DNA of 37,742 bases from Verrucomicrobiota bacterium (GTDB taxonomy: Bacteria > Verrucomicrobiota > Verrucomicrobiia > Limisphaerales > CANJXF01). The notes under the pieces are model-generated. The model saw nothing but the letters and a program-made list of their open reading frames with translations, was not told where the DNA came from and searched no databases. Numbering within the stretch: the first letter of the stretch is position 1; every line of letters starts with the position of its first letter. The stretch covers positions 1 through 37,742 of the forward strand of contig JBBQRQ010000048.1 of NCBI GenBank assembly GCA_038214755.1. Direction: 5' to 3'. Shown one piece after another: positions 8,090 to 17,530 of the stretch. The position numbers and the translations under genes were made by a program.

Positions 8090-9645
8090 AAATGACAAAA
8101 CAAATCTGGTTATTATCGCTGACAACCGCTTGCGCGCTCTCTCTGGGAGTTCCAACTTTTGCTCAAGACAACGCGGCGATTGAGCAAGACAAGACGGTGG
8201 ATCAATCGGAAGTCCCAGCAACGAACTCGCTCGCCATTACCAACCGAGGCTCGGCCAGCGAAACAGATTTGGGAAAAGGCGTGCGTCACGAGGCGATGGT
8301 GATCTTTGGCAAAGACGCGGAATTGAAGGCGGGCGATTTTGCCGAGGCCGTCGTGGTAATCGGAGGCTCCGCCAAGATCCGAGGGCGATGCAACAACTGC
8401 GTCGTCATTGGAGGCGACTTGGAGATTGAGGGAGAAGTTCGGGAGTCGGCGGTCGCGATCCTCGGCACGTTGAGAGTTTTGCCCGGAGCGGTCGTGCGAG
8501 GAGATGTCGTGGGCGTCGGCGGCGGAGTGGAGATATCCGATGGTGCGACGGTTTCCCGGAAGCCAGTGGAAGTTAACTTCAGCGGATTGAGATTAGACTG
8601 GCTGAAGAAATGGCTGGTGCATTGTGTTTTGAAAATGCGGCCCCTGGCACCTCAGGTCGGCTGGGTGTGGGCCGTCGCAGGTGTTTTCTTTCTGATCTAT
8701 TTGCTCATCGCCGCGGCGTTCCCCCGTCCCGTGCAGGCGTGTGTTGAGGAACTGGTCCGCCGACCGGCGACAACTTTCCTGGCCGGAGTGTTGACGAAAT
8801 TGTTGTTCCCCGTGCTCACAGTGTTGCTGGTGGCAACCGGAGTCGGGGTGCTCGTCATTCCATTTCTCATCGCGGCGTTCGTGCTCGGCTTCATTGTCGG
8901 AAAAGTGGCCATCCTGGAATATTTAGGCGGAAAAATCGGACGACCCTTCGGAGCGGAGACCAAGCCGCTCATCGCATTTTTCATCGGCGCGATTATTATC
9001 ACACTTCTCTACATTATACCGGTGGTGGGCTTGATCACTTTTGGTGTGATCAGTCTCTGGGGTTTAGGGGCAGCCGTGACAGCAACATTCGCCCGCTTTC
9101 GCCGCGAAGCTCCGATTAAAACTCCACCCGCGACTCCGTTGCACGGGAGTGGATCGACTACGCAGGCTGATGTTCCGCCGATGACGAGCATTGGAAATTT
9201 CGCACCGGATTCGACAGCCGCGACCACGGCAATGCCACCGGCTGCTCCACCCAATTTGCCTCTGGCGTTGGCTTTTCCCAGAGCGAGTTTCTGGGAACGA
9301 ATGGGCGCAGGCGTTTTGGACCTGATCATTGTGGGTATTCTGGGCGGATTGGTGGGCGGGCCGCCCCTTGCTTTCCTGGTTGCGCTAGCGTACTTCGCCG
9401 GAATGTGGGCGTGGAAAGGAACGACGATTGGCGGAATCCTGCTCAAACTACAGGTGGTGCGGCTCGATGGAGGGCCGGTAAAATTTCTGGTAGCGCTGGT
9501 CCGTGGGATCGCGGCGGCCTTTTCGGCAGTGGTGCTGTTCCTTGGATTTTTTTGGATCGGATGGGATCGCGACAAACAGGCGTGGCATGACAAAATCGTC
9601 GGCACTGTCGTAGTGCGCTTGCCGTATTCGACACCGCTGGTGTGA
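8086..9645 (+). CDS. Membrane protein with signal peptide, bactofilin-like beta-solenoid, multi-TM region and C-terminal RDD domain
   Basis: ATGA overlap with the upstream gene. V/I-GG repeats. RDD hallmarks ASFWERMGAGVLD, TTIGG..LKLQVV and QAWHDKIVGTVVV. Confidence 0.75.
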   Translation: MKMTKQIWLLSLTTACALSLGVPTFAQDNAAIEQDKTVDQSEVPATNSLAITNRGSASETDLGKGVRHEAMVIFGKDAELKAGDFAEAVVVIGGSAKIRGRCNNCVVIGGDLEIEGEVRESAVAILGTLRVLPGAVVRGDVVGVGGGVEISDGATVSRKPVEVNFSGLRLDWLKKWLVHCVLKMRPLAPQVGWVWAVAGVFFLIYLLIAAAFPRPVQACVEELVRRPATTFLAGVLTKLLFPVLTVLLVATGVGVLVIPFLIAAFVLGFIVGKVAILEYLGGKIGRPFGAETKPLIAFFIGAIIITLLYIIPVVGLITFGVISLWGLGAAVTATFARFRREAPIKTPPATPLHGSGSTTQADVPPMTSIGNFAPDSTAATTAMPPAAPPNLPLALAFPRASFWERMGAGVLDLIIVGILGGLVGGPPLAFLVALAYFAGMWAWKGTTIGGILLKLQVVRLDGGPVKFLVALVRGIAAAFSAVVLFLGFFWIGWDRDKQAWHDKIVGTVVVRLPYSTPLV

Positions 9646-9783
9646 ATTGAAAAATGACTTGTCAGTTTTTTACGCACAGATCATTTCCAGCAAAGCTGGC
9701 CAATGTTTCGACATTGGAGAAATTCTCCCGCAACCCACAAAAGGTTTTTCCAAGAGTAAAAAACGTGCTATGTAGAATTCGCC

Positions 9784-10029
9784 ATGAAGAAGAAAACGTT
9801 GACCGTCACCCAGGCGCAGGCGCAATTGCCGCGCATCTGCCGCAGCAAAAACACCGCTACAGTCACGCGCGATGGCGAGGTGGTTGCCTTCATCGTGCCA
9901 CGCAAGCGGATGGCCGATTTTTTGGAGCACATGGAAATTCTGTCCAACCCGGAAGCGATGGCCGCGATCAATCAAGCCAAAGCGGGCGAAGGCAAATACT
10001 ATCCGATCAGCGTCCTTGATGAAGATTGA
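9784..10029 (+). CDS. Phd/YefM-family antitoxin
   Basis: LTVTQAQAQLPRI...TVTRDGEVVAFIV...LEHMEILSNPEAM. Confidence 0.8.
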   Translation: MKKKTLTVTQAQAQLPRICRSKNTATVTRDGEVVAFIVPRKRMADFLEHMEILSNPEAMAAINQAKAGEGKYYPISVLDED

Positions 10030-10306
10030 AGTCATCATCGAGAAACAGCCGCGTGAATTCATTCAGCGCCAACCGCCAGCGACGCGCAAACAGTTGCGCG
10101 AGGCCATTCACGCACTGGAAAATGGCGAGATTTTTCCAGAACCGTTGGAAGATGAACTTCAAGGTTTTTACAAACTCAAAGTAAATCGCCATCGCGTCAT
10201 CCTGCAAACGGATTCAGGCCACTCAGGCCCGCGTTTCAAAATCGTCTTCGCGGAGCGCCGCAGAGTCGTCTATAAATTATGCAGCCAGATGCTTGGCCCG
10301 GAGTGA
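10019..10306 (+). CDS. RelE/ParE-family toxin
   Basis: 95 aa, overlaps the antitoxin stop; LQGFYKLKVNRHRVI...RRVVY pattern. Confidence 0.75.
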   Translation: MKIEVIIEKQPREFIQRQPPATRKQLREAIHALENGEIFPEPLEDELQGFYKLKVNRHRVILQTDSGHSGPRFKIVFAERRRVVYKLCSQMLGPE

Positions 10307-12029
10307 AATGATTCGTACTACTGTGCCAAAGCCCAATTTTTGGCAAAATTTTGCGGCAATGGAGCGCCGGTTTGCAACCGGCTTTTCGTAAATTCGCCGA
10401 GGGTAAGCCGGTTGCAAACCGGCGCTCCGGGAAGTTGCGGTTTCGGCTTGCGGTGTTCACTTGTGATTGATTTAACGCCGACAGAAAACCGGCGGCTTTC
10501 GCCCACGTCTCTTCATATTCCGCTGCGGGATTTGAGTCCGCCACAATGCCGGCGCCCACTGGAAAATAAATTTTCTCCTCCTGGCAAATGGCAGCGCGAA
10601 TCAAAATGCTCAACTGACTTTCGCGATTGAAGCCGAGATAACCCAACGCGCCGGTGTAGGGTCCCCGCGTCACCGGTTCGAGTTCGTCGATGATTTCCAT
10701 CGCGCGAATTTTCGGAGCGCCCGTCACGCTGCCGCCGGGAAAACAGGAAGCGAACGCGGCGAAATGCGTCACCTCTTTTTTTAAACGCCCTTCGATGGTG
10801 GAAACCAAATGCTGCACTTGAGGATAACGTTCGAGTCGCACGAGCTCAGGCACCTGCACCGAGCCGTATTCGCAAACTTTGCCGAGATCATTTCGCAGCA
10901 AGTCGGTGATCATCACCAGTTCGGACATTTCTTTCGGGCTGGTTTGAAGTTCGTAGGTCAGTTGCGCGTCCCGATTGCCATCGGCGGAACGCGGGCGCGT
11001 GCCTTTGATGGGCCGCGTCTGAATTTGCGAACCGCTCATCCGCAGAAAAGATTCGGGCGAGGACGACGCGATTTGAAATGCCCCGCAGTCGAGGTAAGCC
11101 GAAAACGGCGCCGGAGAAACGGAGGAAAGCCGTTGAAAAAATTCCCATCCAGACAACGAACAATTCGCGGCGAGGCGTTGCGAAAGATTCACCTGATAAA
11201 TGTCACCTGCGCGAATGTAACGTTGGGCGCGCTCAACTTTGCCAATAAATTCTTCACGGGAGAAAGTGCTGCCGACATGCTGTCGGCAGTTCGGGATCGT
11301 GTTGCGTGAGCCACGTGGAGCGCGGACAGCCTTGTCCGCGCGTTTCGAAATGGACGAAAGCCCAAGCGTTTTCACGGCTTCGAATTCACGCGGACAAGGC
11401 TGTCCGCGCTCCACTCCGGTTGGGCAACCCGCCGTCGGCAGCGCCGTTTCTGACAAAATCGATTCCCAAAAATTCAATTGCTCGGCGACTTTGGCCTGGC
11501 TGCGTGAGCCATCCGCTTCCAGGCCAGTCGAAATAATCCACGTTTTATCCAGGCGATGATCAAAGGCCACGAGGCTGCTGTAAAATCCAACGGCGCAATC
11601 GGGCAATTCCAAATCATTCACCGCGCTGCGAGGAAGTCGCGGCTCGACGAAATTTTTTAAATCATAACCCCAATATCCAAAGCAGCCGCCGAGCGGAAAT
11701 GGAGAGTCGATTTCCTCCAGCAATTCGTATCGCGCCATCAGGCCGTCGAGAATGTGCCACGGGTTTCCAAATTGTTCGTAGTCGCCGTTGTGAAACGGCG
11801 GAATGGATCGATCATCGGTTTTCGCAGCCGTGATTTCGCAACGCGAGCCGAACGAACGAAAAGTCAAAAACGGTTTGGCCGCGACGAATGAATAACGCGC
11901 TCGCGGCGACTCAAAAAAACTGCTGCGCAACAAAACAATTCCCGCCTCACCGCGCAACTGCTCGACCAGCGATTCAGGAGTGTGCGAACTTTGAACTTGT
12001 TGGATGAGCGGACGCATTCGATTGGTCAA
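10236..12029 (-). CDS. pabB: Aminodeoxychorismate synthase component I (chorismate-binding), with repeat-derived insertion and C-terminal extension
   Basis: GDIYQVNLSQ, SSPESFL, TRPIKGTRPR, MITDLLRNDLG, FPGGSVTGAPK and GAGIVADS motifs. Confidence 0.85.
   Translation of the reverse strand: MTNRMRPLIQQVQSSHTPESLVEQLRGEAGIVLLRSSFFESPRARYSFVAAKPFLTFRSFGSRCEITAAKTDDRSIPPFHNGDYEQFGNPWHILDGLMARYELLEEIDSPFPLGGCFGYWGYDLKNFVEPRLPRSAVNDLELPDCAVGFYSSLVAFDHRLDKTWIISTGLEADGSRSQAKVAEQLNFWESILSETALPTAGCPTGVERGQPCPREFEAVKTLGLSSISKRADKAVRAPRGSRNTIPNCRQHVGSTFSREEFIGKVERAQRYIRAGDIYQVNLSQRLAANCSLSGWEFFQRLSSVSPAPFSAYLDCGAFQIASSSPESFLRMSGSQIQTRPIKGTRPRSADGNRDAQLTYELQTSPKEMSELVMITDLLRNDLGKVCEYGSVQVPELVRLERYPQVQHLVSTIEGRLKKEVTHFAAFASCFPGGSVTGAPKIRAMEIIDELEPVTRGPYTGALGYLGFNRESQLSILIRAAICQEEKIYFPVGAGIVADSNPAAEYEETWAKAAGFLSALNQSQVNTASRNRNFPERRFATGLPSANLRKAGCKPALHCRKILPKIGLWHSSTNHFTPGQASGCIIYRRLCGAPRRRF
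10361..10428. repeat. REP-like doublet (GGAG foot) in the pabB 3' extension
   Basis: GGAGCGCCGGTTTGCAACCGGCT ... AGCCGGTTGCAAACCGGCGCTCC perfect IR. Confidence 0.9.
11315..11414. repeat. REP-like doublet inside pabB
   Basis: GTGGAGCGCGGACAGCCTTGTCCGCG ... CGCGGACAAGGCTGTCCGCGCTCCAC; same family as intergenic 3283-3378. Confidence 0.92.
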
Positions 12030-12069
12030 CTTTCACCGGCCCGGAAATCATCTGCAAGAGCCAATAAAC

Positions 12070-12221
12070 GGACGCATCTCAATTTCTTGCAAAATAACGG
12101 AACGCCGATCTCCTGATCGGCTCGCGGAAAATGTGGAGCGTCCAATGCCGATCAGGAGATCGGCGTTCCGTTGTCGCCTCTTTCCGAAGAGTTGAAACCT
12201 GCAATTTAGTGAGATGCGCCC
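12070..12221. repeat. Wrapped REP-like doublet
   Basis: Outer GGACGCATCTCA / TGAGATGCGCCC. Inner GGAACGCCGATCTCCTGATCGGC / GCCGATCAGGAGATCGGCGTTCC at 12099-12169. Confidence 0.85.
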
Positions 12222-12291
12222 CGATAAAATCAAAGGTGCCGCTCGGCTTGACCCGGTCTCCAGCAATTTTACTCAATTCTATTCCGTTGCG

Positions 12292-12364
12292 AACCACGGA
12301 GGCACGGAGACACAGAGAAAGAAAGAGTTTTGTTTTTTCTCTGTGTCTCCGTGCCTCTGTGGTT
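12292..12364. repeat. Inverted 9-mer-type array
   Basis: AACCACGGAGGCACGGAGACACAGAG ... CTCTGTGTCTCCGTGCCTCTGTGGTT. Confidence 0.85.
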
Positions 12365-12377
12365 CAATTCTCCAGCT

Positions 12378-13520
12378 ATGCGTCTTTCATTCGTCTATAT
12401 TTTTTGCTGCGTCATCGCCCATGCCTCCGCGAATAACCGGATAGAGATCCTTCGCACGCCGGACGGCGGAATTCAGCCGCAAGCTGTCGCCGATAAAAAC
12501 GGGGCTGTTCATCTCATCTACTTTAAAGGCGAAGGAAAAGGCGGAAATATTTTTTACGTGCGGCGAAATTTTTCCGCAGAAAAATTTTCAGCGCCCATCC
12601 AAATAAACTCTTTGCCGGACAGCGCGATTGCGATCGGCACAATTCGCGGCGCGCAAATCGCTCTTGGGAAAAATGGTCGCGTCCACATCGTCTGGAACGG
12701 AAATGGCGAAGTTAAAAATTCCACGCATCATGGCCCGCCGCTTTGGTATGCCCGTTTGGACGACGCCGGAAATGCTTTCGAGACTCAGCGCGATTTGATC
12801 ACGCGCGCCGGTGGTCTCGATGGCGGAAGCGCTATTGCAGCCGACTCGCAGGACAATGTTTATGCGATGTGGCACGGGAGTCTTCCCGAAAACACGAGAG
12901 GTGAAGCGGGCCGCGCGGTTTTTATTTCACGCTCGATTGATGGCGGCAAAACCTTTTTTTCCGAGAAAGCCGCGATGCCAAAACCCACCGGCGCGTGCGC
13001 CTGCTGCGGAATGCGCGCCGTCGCCGATGATGCGGGAAATGTCTTTGCGCTCTATCGCGGCGCTTCCGAGAAAACAGATCGCGCTGAAATCCTGCTCGCG
13101 TCGCATAATCACGGAGAAACTTTTGAGATCGCGAACGAACACCCTTGGAAAATTGCGATGTGTCCGATGAGCACCGCCGCGTTGACAACGACTACCGGAA
13201 AATCCGTCGCAGCGTGGGAAACAGCCGGACGCATTTATTTCGCGACGAATAATTTGAAAACTTCCGGAGTCTGGCAAACCGTCGCAGTTCCAAGTTCAGA
13301 AAAACAAAAACATCCGAGTGTCGCAGCCAATGCCAAAGGCGAAATCTTGTTGGCGTGGACAGAAGGAACGGGTTGGAACAAAGGCGGATCGCTGGCCTGG
13401 CAGTTGTTCGACGCGCGCGGAAATGCCACCGACGAGAAAGGCCGTGCGCCGGGCGTGCCCGTTTGGAGTCTCGTCTCGTGTGGAGCGAAACCTGACGGCG
13501 GTTTCCTAATTTTCTATTGA
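12378..13520 (+). CDS. Secreted BNR/Asp-box (sialidase-like beta-propeller) protein
   Basis: Signal peptide; Asp-boxes SIDGGKTF and SHNHGETF; ACACC and W...CP motifs. Confidence 0.7.
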   Translation: MRLSFVYIFCCVIAHASANNRIEILRTPDGGIQPQAVADKNGAVHLIYFKGEGKGGNIFYVRRNFSAEKFSAPIQINSLPDSAIAIGTIRGAQIALGKNGRVHIVWNGNGEVKNSTHHGPPLWYARLDDAGNAFETQRDLITRAGGLDGGSAIAADSQDNVYAMWHGSLPENTRGEAGRAVFISRSIDGGKTFFSEKAAMPKPTGACACCGMRAVADDAGNVFALYRGASEKTDRAEILLASHNHGETFEIANEHPWKIAMCPMSTAALTTTTGKSVAAWETAGRIYFATNNLKTSGVWQTVAVPSSEKQKHPSVAANAKGEILLAWTEGTGWNKGGSLAWQLFDARGNATDEKGRAPGVPVWSLVSCGAKPDGGFLIFY

Positions 13521-13575
13521 AGCAACACCGCCGCGTAGCACTATTCTTTTCAGGCAAGAGCGCATGTTGTAAATC

Positions 13576-13689
13576 GTAGCGCGGGTTTCCACACCTGCTG
13601 TATCGCTGGTTTCTAACCGGCAGGATTGCAACATTCCACCGTCTGCGAATTAGAAATTCGCGATAGAGCAGATTGGAAATCTGCGCTAC
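13576..13689. repeat. Four-hairpin REP-like element (GTAGCGC...GCGCTAC family)
   Basis: Same architecture as 17301-17452 and 30902-31015. Confidence 0.8.
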
Positions 13690-13797
13690 GGGGAGATGAT
13701 TGGTGGGAGGGGTGAGGTGGTTTCCAGCAGCGCGAGGGACGAGAATAAGATTTATTTTTCTGCGAAATCCCGCCATATTTTTCCGTCCAATTCGACC

Positions 13798-16700
13798 GTG
13801 ACAAAATTCAAACAAAATATTTTTTCCGCCGCGGGAGCAATTCTTCTGGGCGTAAATTTTTTCACGGTTCACGCTGCTTCGCCCGAAAACACCGGCCTCG
13901 AATTTTTCGAAAAACAAATCCGGCCGCTCTTCGTGGACAATTGTTACAAATGCCACAGCGCGCAAAGTGAGAAAGTTAAAGGCGGGTTACAACTCGACAC
14001 GGCAGAAAATTTGCTCAAGGGCGGCGAGACCGGCCCGGCCATTATTCCCGGTCAGCCAGAAAAAAGTTTATTGATCAAGGCCGTGCGTTATGCGGATGAG
14101 AATCTGCAAATGCCGCCCAAAGGGAAAAAACTTTCGGCCGAGCAAATTGCCAGCCTGGAAGCGTGGATAAAAATGGGCGCGCCGGACCCAAGAGTTCAAA
14201 GTTCAAAGTCCAAAGTTCAAAGCCTGCCCAACTCCGCCAAATCTCACTGGGCGTTTCAGCCGATAAAAAATTCGCCTGTCCCAAAAGTAAAAAATAAAGC
14301 GTGGGCCAAAACTCCCATCGACAATTTTATTCTGGCGAAGCTGGAAGAAAAAAAGATCAAGCCCGCGCCGCCTGCCGATAAAAGAACGTTGCTCCGCCGA
14401 GCCACGTTTGATTTGACCGGACTTCCTCCGACGCAGGAAGAAGTTGAAAATTTCTTGAATGATAAATCGCTGGACGCTTTTGCCAAAGTAGTGGACCGGC
14501 TGCTCGCTTCGCCACGCTACGGTGAACGCTGGGGGCGACACTGGCTTGATGTCGCGCGTTACGCGGACACGAAGGGCTATCTTCCTGGAAATGTGGAGCG
14601 GCGTTTTGCTTATTCCTACACGTATCGCGATTATGTGATTTGCGCCTTCAACGAAGATTTGCCTTACGACAAATTTCTCATCCAACAAATTGCGGCGGAC
14701 CGACTGGAATTGGGCGAGGACAAACGGCCGCTCGCCGCCTTGGGATTCTTGACTCTGGGGCGGCAGTTTTTAGGAAACATTCACGACATTACGGATGACC
14801 GAATCGATGTCGTCACACGCGGCACGATGGGGCTGACCGTCGCTTGCGCGCGCTGTCACGACCACAAGTTCGATCCGATCCCGACGAAAGATTATTATTC
14901 GCTCTACGGTGTCTTCGCCAGTTCCCACGAGCCGGAAGAAAAGCCGTTGCTCGGAATTCCTCCGCCCGAAAAACTTCATGCCGAATATTTGGTGGAAAAG
15001 GGCAAGCGCGAAAATGCGGCGAAAGAGTTTCGAGAAAACAAGTCCGCCGAGATCCGGGCAAAACTTCGTCAAAAATCCGGTGACTACATGCTGGCCGCGC
15101 TCGAGACAGAACGGCTGAGCGACAAATCGAAATCAGAAAATCTCGCGCGGGAACGAAGTCTCGATCCCGGCACGGTGCAGCGCTGGATCACAAGTCTCGC
15201 CCGGTGGAGCAACGCGACGAATGCGATCTTCGCGCCGTGGTTCGCCTTTTCTTCGCTCGTAGAAACCAATTTTGCCGCGCAAGCGAAAGTGGGGACGGAA
15301 ACGTTGCCCGCGCAAAAATTTATCAATCCGTTGGTCGCAATCGCTTTCAGCAACGCGCCAGGCTCAATGAAAGAAGTCTCAGAACGTTATGGAAACATTT
15401 TTGCTGAGACAGAAAAACTTTGGAGCGAGGCGATGCCGGCAAAGTCCACCAACGAAACGAAGCTGACGGCGCTGCCGGACAGGAATCGCGAAGAATTGCG
15501 ACAAGTTCTTTACGCCGCTGACGCGCCTCCAAATTTGCCAGATGTCGAAGGACTTTTTGAAATACCCGCTATCGAGAGGCTGCGCGAATTGCGGCGACTG
15601 GTCGCGGAACTGGACGCGACTCATCCCGGCGCGCCGGCGCGGGCGATGGCGATGGCAGACAACGCGACCCCGATCAACGTCCAGGTTTTTATTCGAGGCA
15701 ACCCCGGAAATCGCGGGGTCGAAGCGCCGCGACGGTTCTTGTCCATTCTCGCTGGAGAGAACCCGAAACCATTTGAAAAAGGAAGTGGTCGGTTGGAACT
15801 CGCGCAAGCTATCGCCAGCAAAACAAATCCGCTGACGGCGCGGGTGATGGTCAATCGTATCTGGCTGCATCATTTCGGAAGCGGTTTGGTCGCGACTCCG
15901 AGCGATTTCGGTGTGCGGTCCGATCCGCCGACCCATCCTGAGTTGCTCGATTATCTGGCCTGGAATTTTATGGAAGAGGGTTGGTCGCTAAAAAAACTTC
16001 ATCGCCAGATTATGTTGTCGAGTGTTTATCAGCAAAGCAGCGACGGAATCGTCGCGCAGGCTTCCAGTCCCGCGCGCGAAACTGCGAAGCTTCCAGCTTC
16101 GTCGCCGAAAGATTCGAGGCGCGACGCCTCGAAATCCCGCGGGCGGGACCGGAAGCCTGCGCTACCGACCACTGCGCTCCAAGTCGATCCTGAAAACAAA
16201 CTCCTCTGGAAAATGAATCGGCAACGAATGGATTTTGAAGAGTTGCGCGATTCGCTGCTCTCGGTCAGCGAGAAACTGGATTCAGCGGCGGGCGGACAAG
16301 CGGTAAATATTCTCAGCGAACCTTTTTCCAAACGCCGTTCGGTTTACGGTTACATCGACCGCCAGAATTTGCCTGGGCTTTTTCGCACGTTCGATTTTGC
16401 CAACCCGGACACGAGCAGTCCGCAACGCTTTTTCACGACCGTTCCGCAACAGGCTTTATTCTTGTTGAACAGCGGATTCGTCATCGAGCAGGCCGCGAGC
16501 CTTATCACCAACGCGAGTTTCCAAAACATTTCGCGCCCGGACGAGCGCGTTGATTTTCTTTATGAAAAAGTTTATCAGCGCGCGCCCGACAAAGATGAAG
16601 TGATGGCCGCCGGGAAATTTCTAAAAACACAATTGACGATGGCGTCCAATAATTTTGTCCCGCCCACCTGGCAGTACGGTTATGGAGAATTCGTTGACGC

Positions 16701-17265
16701 GAAAAAGACCGTTAAATTTTTTCCACTCTCCCGCTTCACGAACAATCAATGGCAGGCCACGGGAGAATTTCCCGATCTAAAATTCGGTCACGTCATGCTG
16801 AACGCGGCGGGAGGACATCCGGGCAACAGCGCCGAACATTCGGCGATTCGGCGGTGGACTTCGCCCTTCGACGGCGTCGTCAAAATTGATGGCACCTTGC
16901 GGCATCTGTCTGACCGGGGAGACGGTGTGCGAGGGCGAATTATTTCGAGTCGCCGCGGTGAGTTGGGCCAGTGGATTGTTCATAACAGCACTTCGGAAAC
17001 AGCCGTCGCTCAATGCGAAGTCAAGCGGGGCGACACGATTGATTTCGTCACGGAAATGCAAACCAGTCCCAACAGCGACACGTTTGAATGGGCGCCGAAA
17101 ATCCAAGTGTCAAAAATGGATTACGGAACCGTTGCGCCAAAAAGAAATAACTGGAGCGCGCAAAATGATTTCGATGGGCCGGCCAAACCCGTCAAGTCAC
17201 TGAACGCCTGGGAAAAATATGCGCAGGTGTTGCTGCTCTCGAACGAATTTATTTTCATCGACTAA
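13798..17265 (+). CDS. Planctomycete cytochrome c / DUF1549 / DUF1553 protein, with two repeat-derived insertions
   Basis: CYKCH, HWAFQP, YGERWGRHWLDVARYAD, CARCHDHKFDP, NPLTARVMVNRIW and PTHPELLDYLA motifs. Start inferred at GTG 13798. Confidence 0.92.
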   Translation: MTKFKQNIFSAAGAILLGVNFFTVHAASPENTGLEFFEKQIRPLFVDNCYKCHSAQSEKVKGGLQLDTAENLLKGGETGPAIIPGQPEKSLLIKAVRYADENLQMPPKGKKLSAEQIASLEAWIKMGAPDPRVQSSKSKVQSLPNSAKSHWAFQPIKNSPVPKVKNKAWAKTPIDNFILAKLEEKKIKPAPPADKRTLLRRATFDLTGLPPTQEEVENFLNDKSLDAFAKVVDRLLASPRYGERWGRHWLDVARYADTKGYLPGNVERRFAYSYTYRDYVICAFNEDLPYDKFLIQQIAADRLELGEDKRPLAALGFLTLGRQFLGNIHDITDDRIDVVTRGTMGLTVACARCHDHKFDPIPTKDYYSLYGVFASSHEPEEKPLLGIPPPEKLHAEYLVEKGKRENAAKEFRENKSAEIRAKLRQKSGDYMLAALETERLSDKSKSENLARERSLDPGTVQRWITSLARWSNATNAIFAPWFAFSSLVETNFAAQAKVGTETLPAQKFINPLVAIAFSNAPGSMKEVSERYGNIFAETEKLWSEAMPAKSTNETKLTALPDRNREELRQVLYAADAPPNLPDVEGLFEIPAIERLRELRRLVAELDATHPGAPARAMAMADNATPINVQVFIRGNPGNRGVEAPRRFLSILAGENPKPFEKGSGRLELAQAIASKTNPLTARVMVNRIWLHHFGSGLVATPSDFGVRSDPPTHPELLDYLAWNFMEEGWSLKKLHRQIMLSSVYQQSSDGIVAQASSPARETAKLPASSPKDSRRDASKSRGRDRKPALPTTALQVDPENKLLWKMNRQRMDFEELRDSLLSVSEKLDSAAGGQAVNILSEPFSKRRSVYGYIDRQNLPGLFRTFDFANPDTSSPQRFFTTVPQQALFLLNSGFVIEQAASLITNASFQNISRPDERVDFLYEKVYQRAPDKDEVMAAGKFLKTQLTMASNNFVPPTWQYGYGEFVDAKKTVKFFPLSRFTNNQWQATGEFPDLKFGHVMLNAAGGHPGNSAEHSAIRRWTSPFDGVVKIDGTLRHLSDRGDGVRGRIISSRRGELGQWIVHNSTSETAVAQCEVKRGDTIDFVTEMQTSPNSDTFEWAPKIQVSKMDYGTVAPKRNNWSAQNDFDGPAKPVKSLNAWEKYAQVLLLSNEFIFID
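14191..14222 (+). repeat. Heptamer tandem (AAGTTCA)x4 inside the cytochrome gene
   Basis: AGAGTTCAAAGTTCAAAGTCCAAAGTTCAAAG, encoding RVQSSKSKVQS in an interdomain linker. Confidence 0.75.
16051..16165. repeat. REP-like element inside the DUF1553 domain
   Basis: GTCGCGCAGGCTTCCAGTCCCGCG ... GCGGGACCGGAAGCCTGCGCTAC with internal hairpins; related to 25504-25555. Confidence 0.85.
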
Positions 17266-17280
17266 GGGTGCGATTTTAAC

Positions 17281-17462
17281 TGGCGGTCAGTTGGTCAATT
17301 GTAGCGCAGGATTGCATCCTGCCGTAGCGCAGGTTTTCAACCTGCGAGATGCCGCCAGGAACGAGAGACTTTCGAAAACCAAATACTTTCTCTATTCGCG
17401 ACGTTCAGCCGGTTTCAAACCGGCGATACAGCAGGATGCAATCCTGCGCTACGTGACCGCCA
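17281..17462. repeat. Four-hairpin REP-like element with 9-bp outer IR
   Basis: GTAGCGCAGGATTGCATCCTGC (17301) ... GCAGGATGCAATCCTGCGCTAC (17452), flanked by TGGCGGTCA / TGACCGCCA. Confidence 0.85.
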
Positions 17463-17530
17463 CTTGAAATCACACCCATCGACTGAGCCGCGCTTGCTTC
17501 GGTGAAAAAGTTTTTCTAACCTGCGGCGAG

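Noticed and set aside
17495..17525. Rex operator upstream of rex
   Set aside because: Only a half-site-like GTGAA is present; the TTGTGAA-N4-TTCACAA palindrome is not there.
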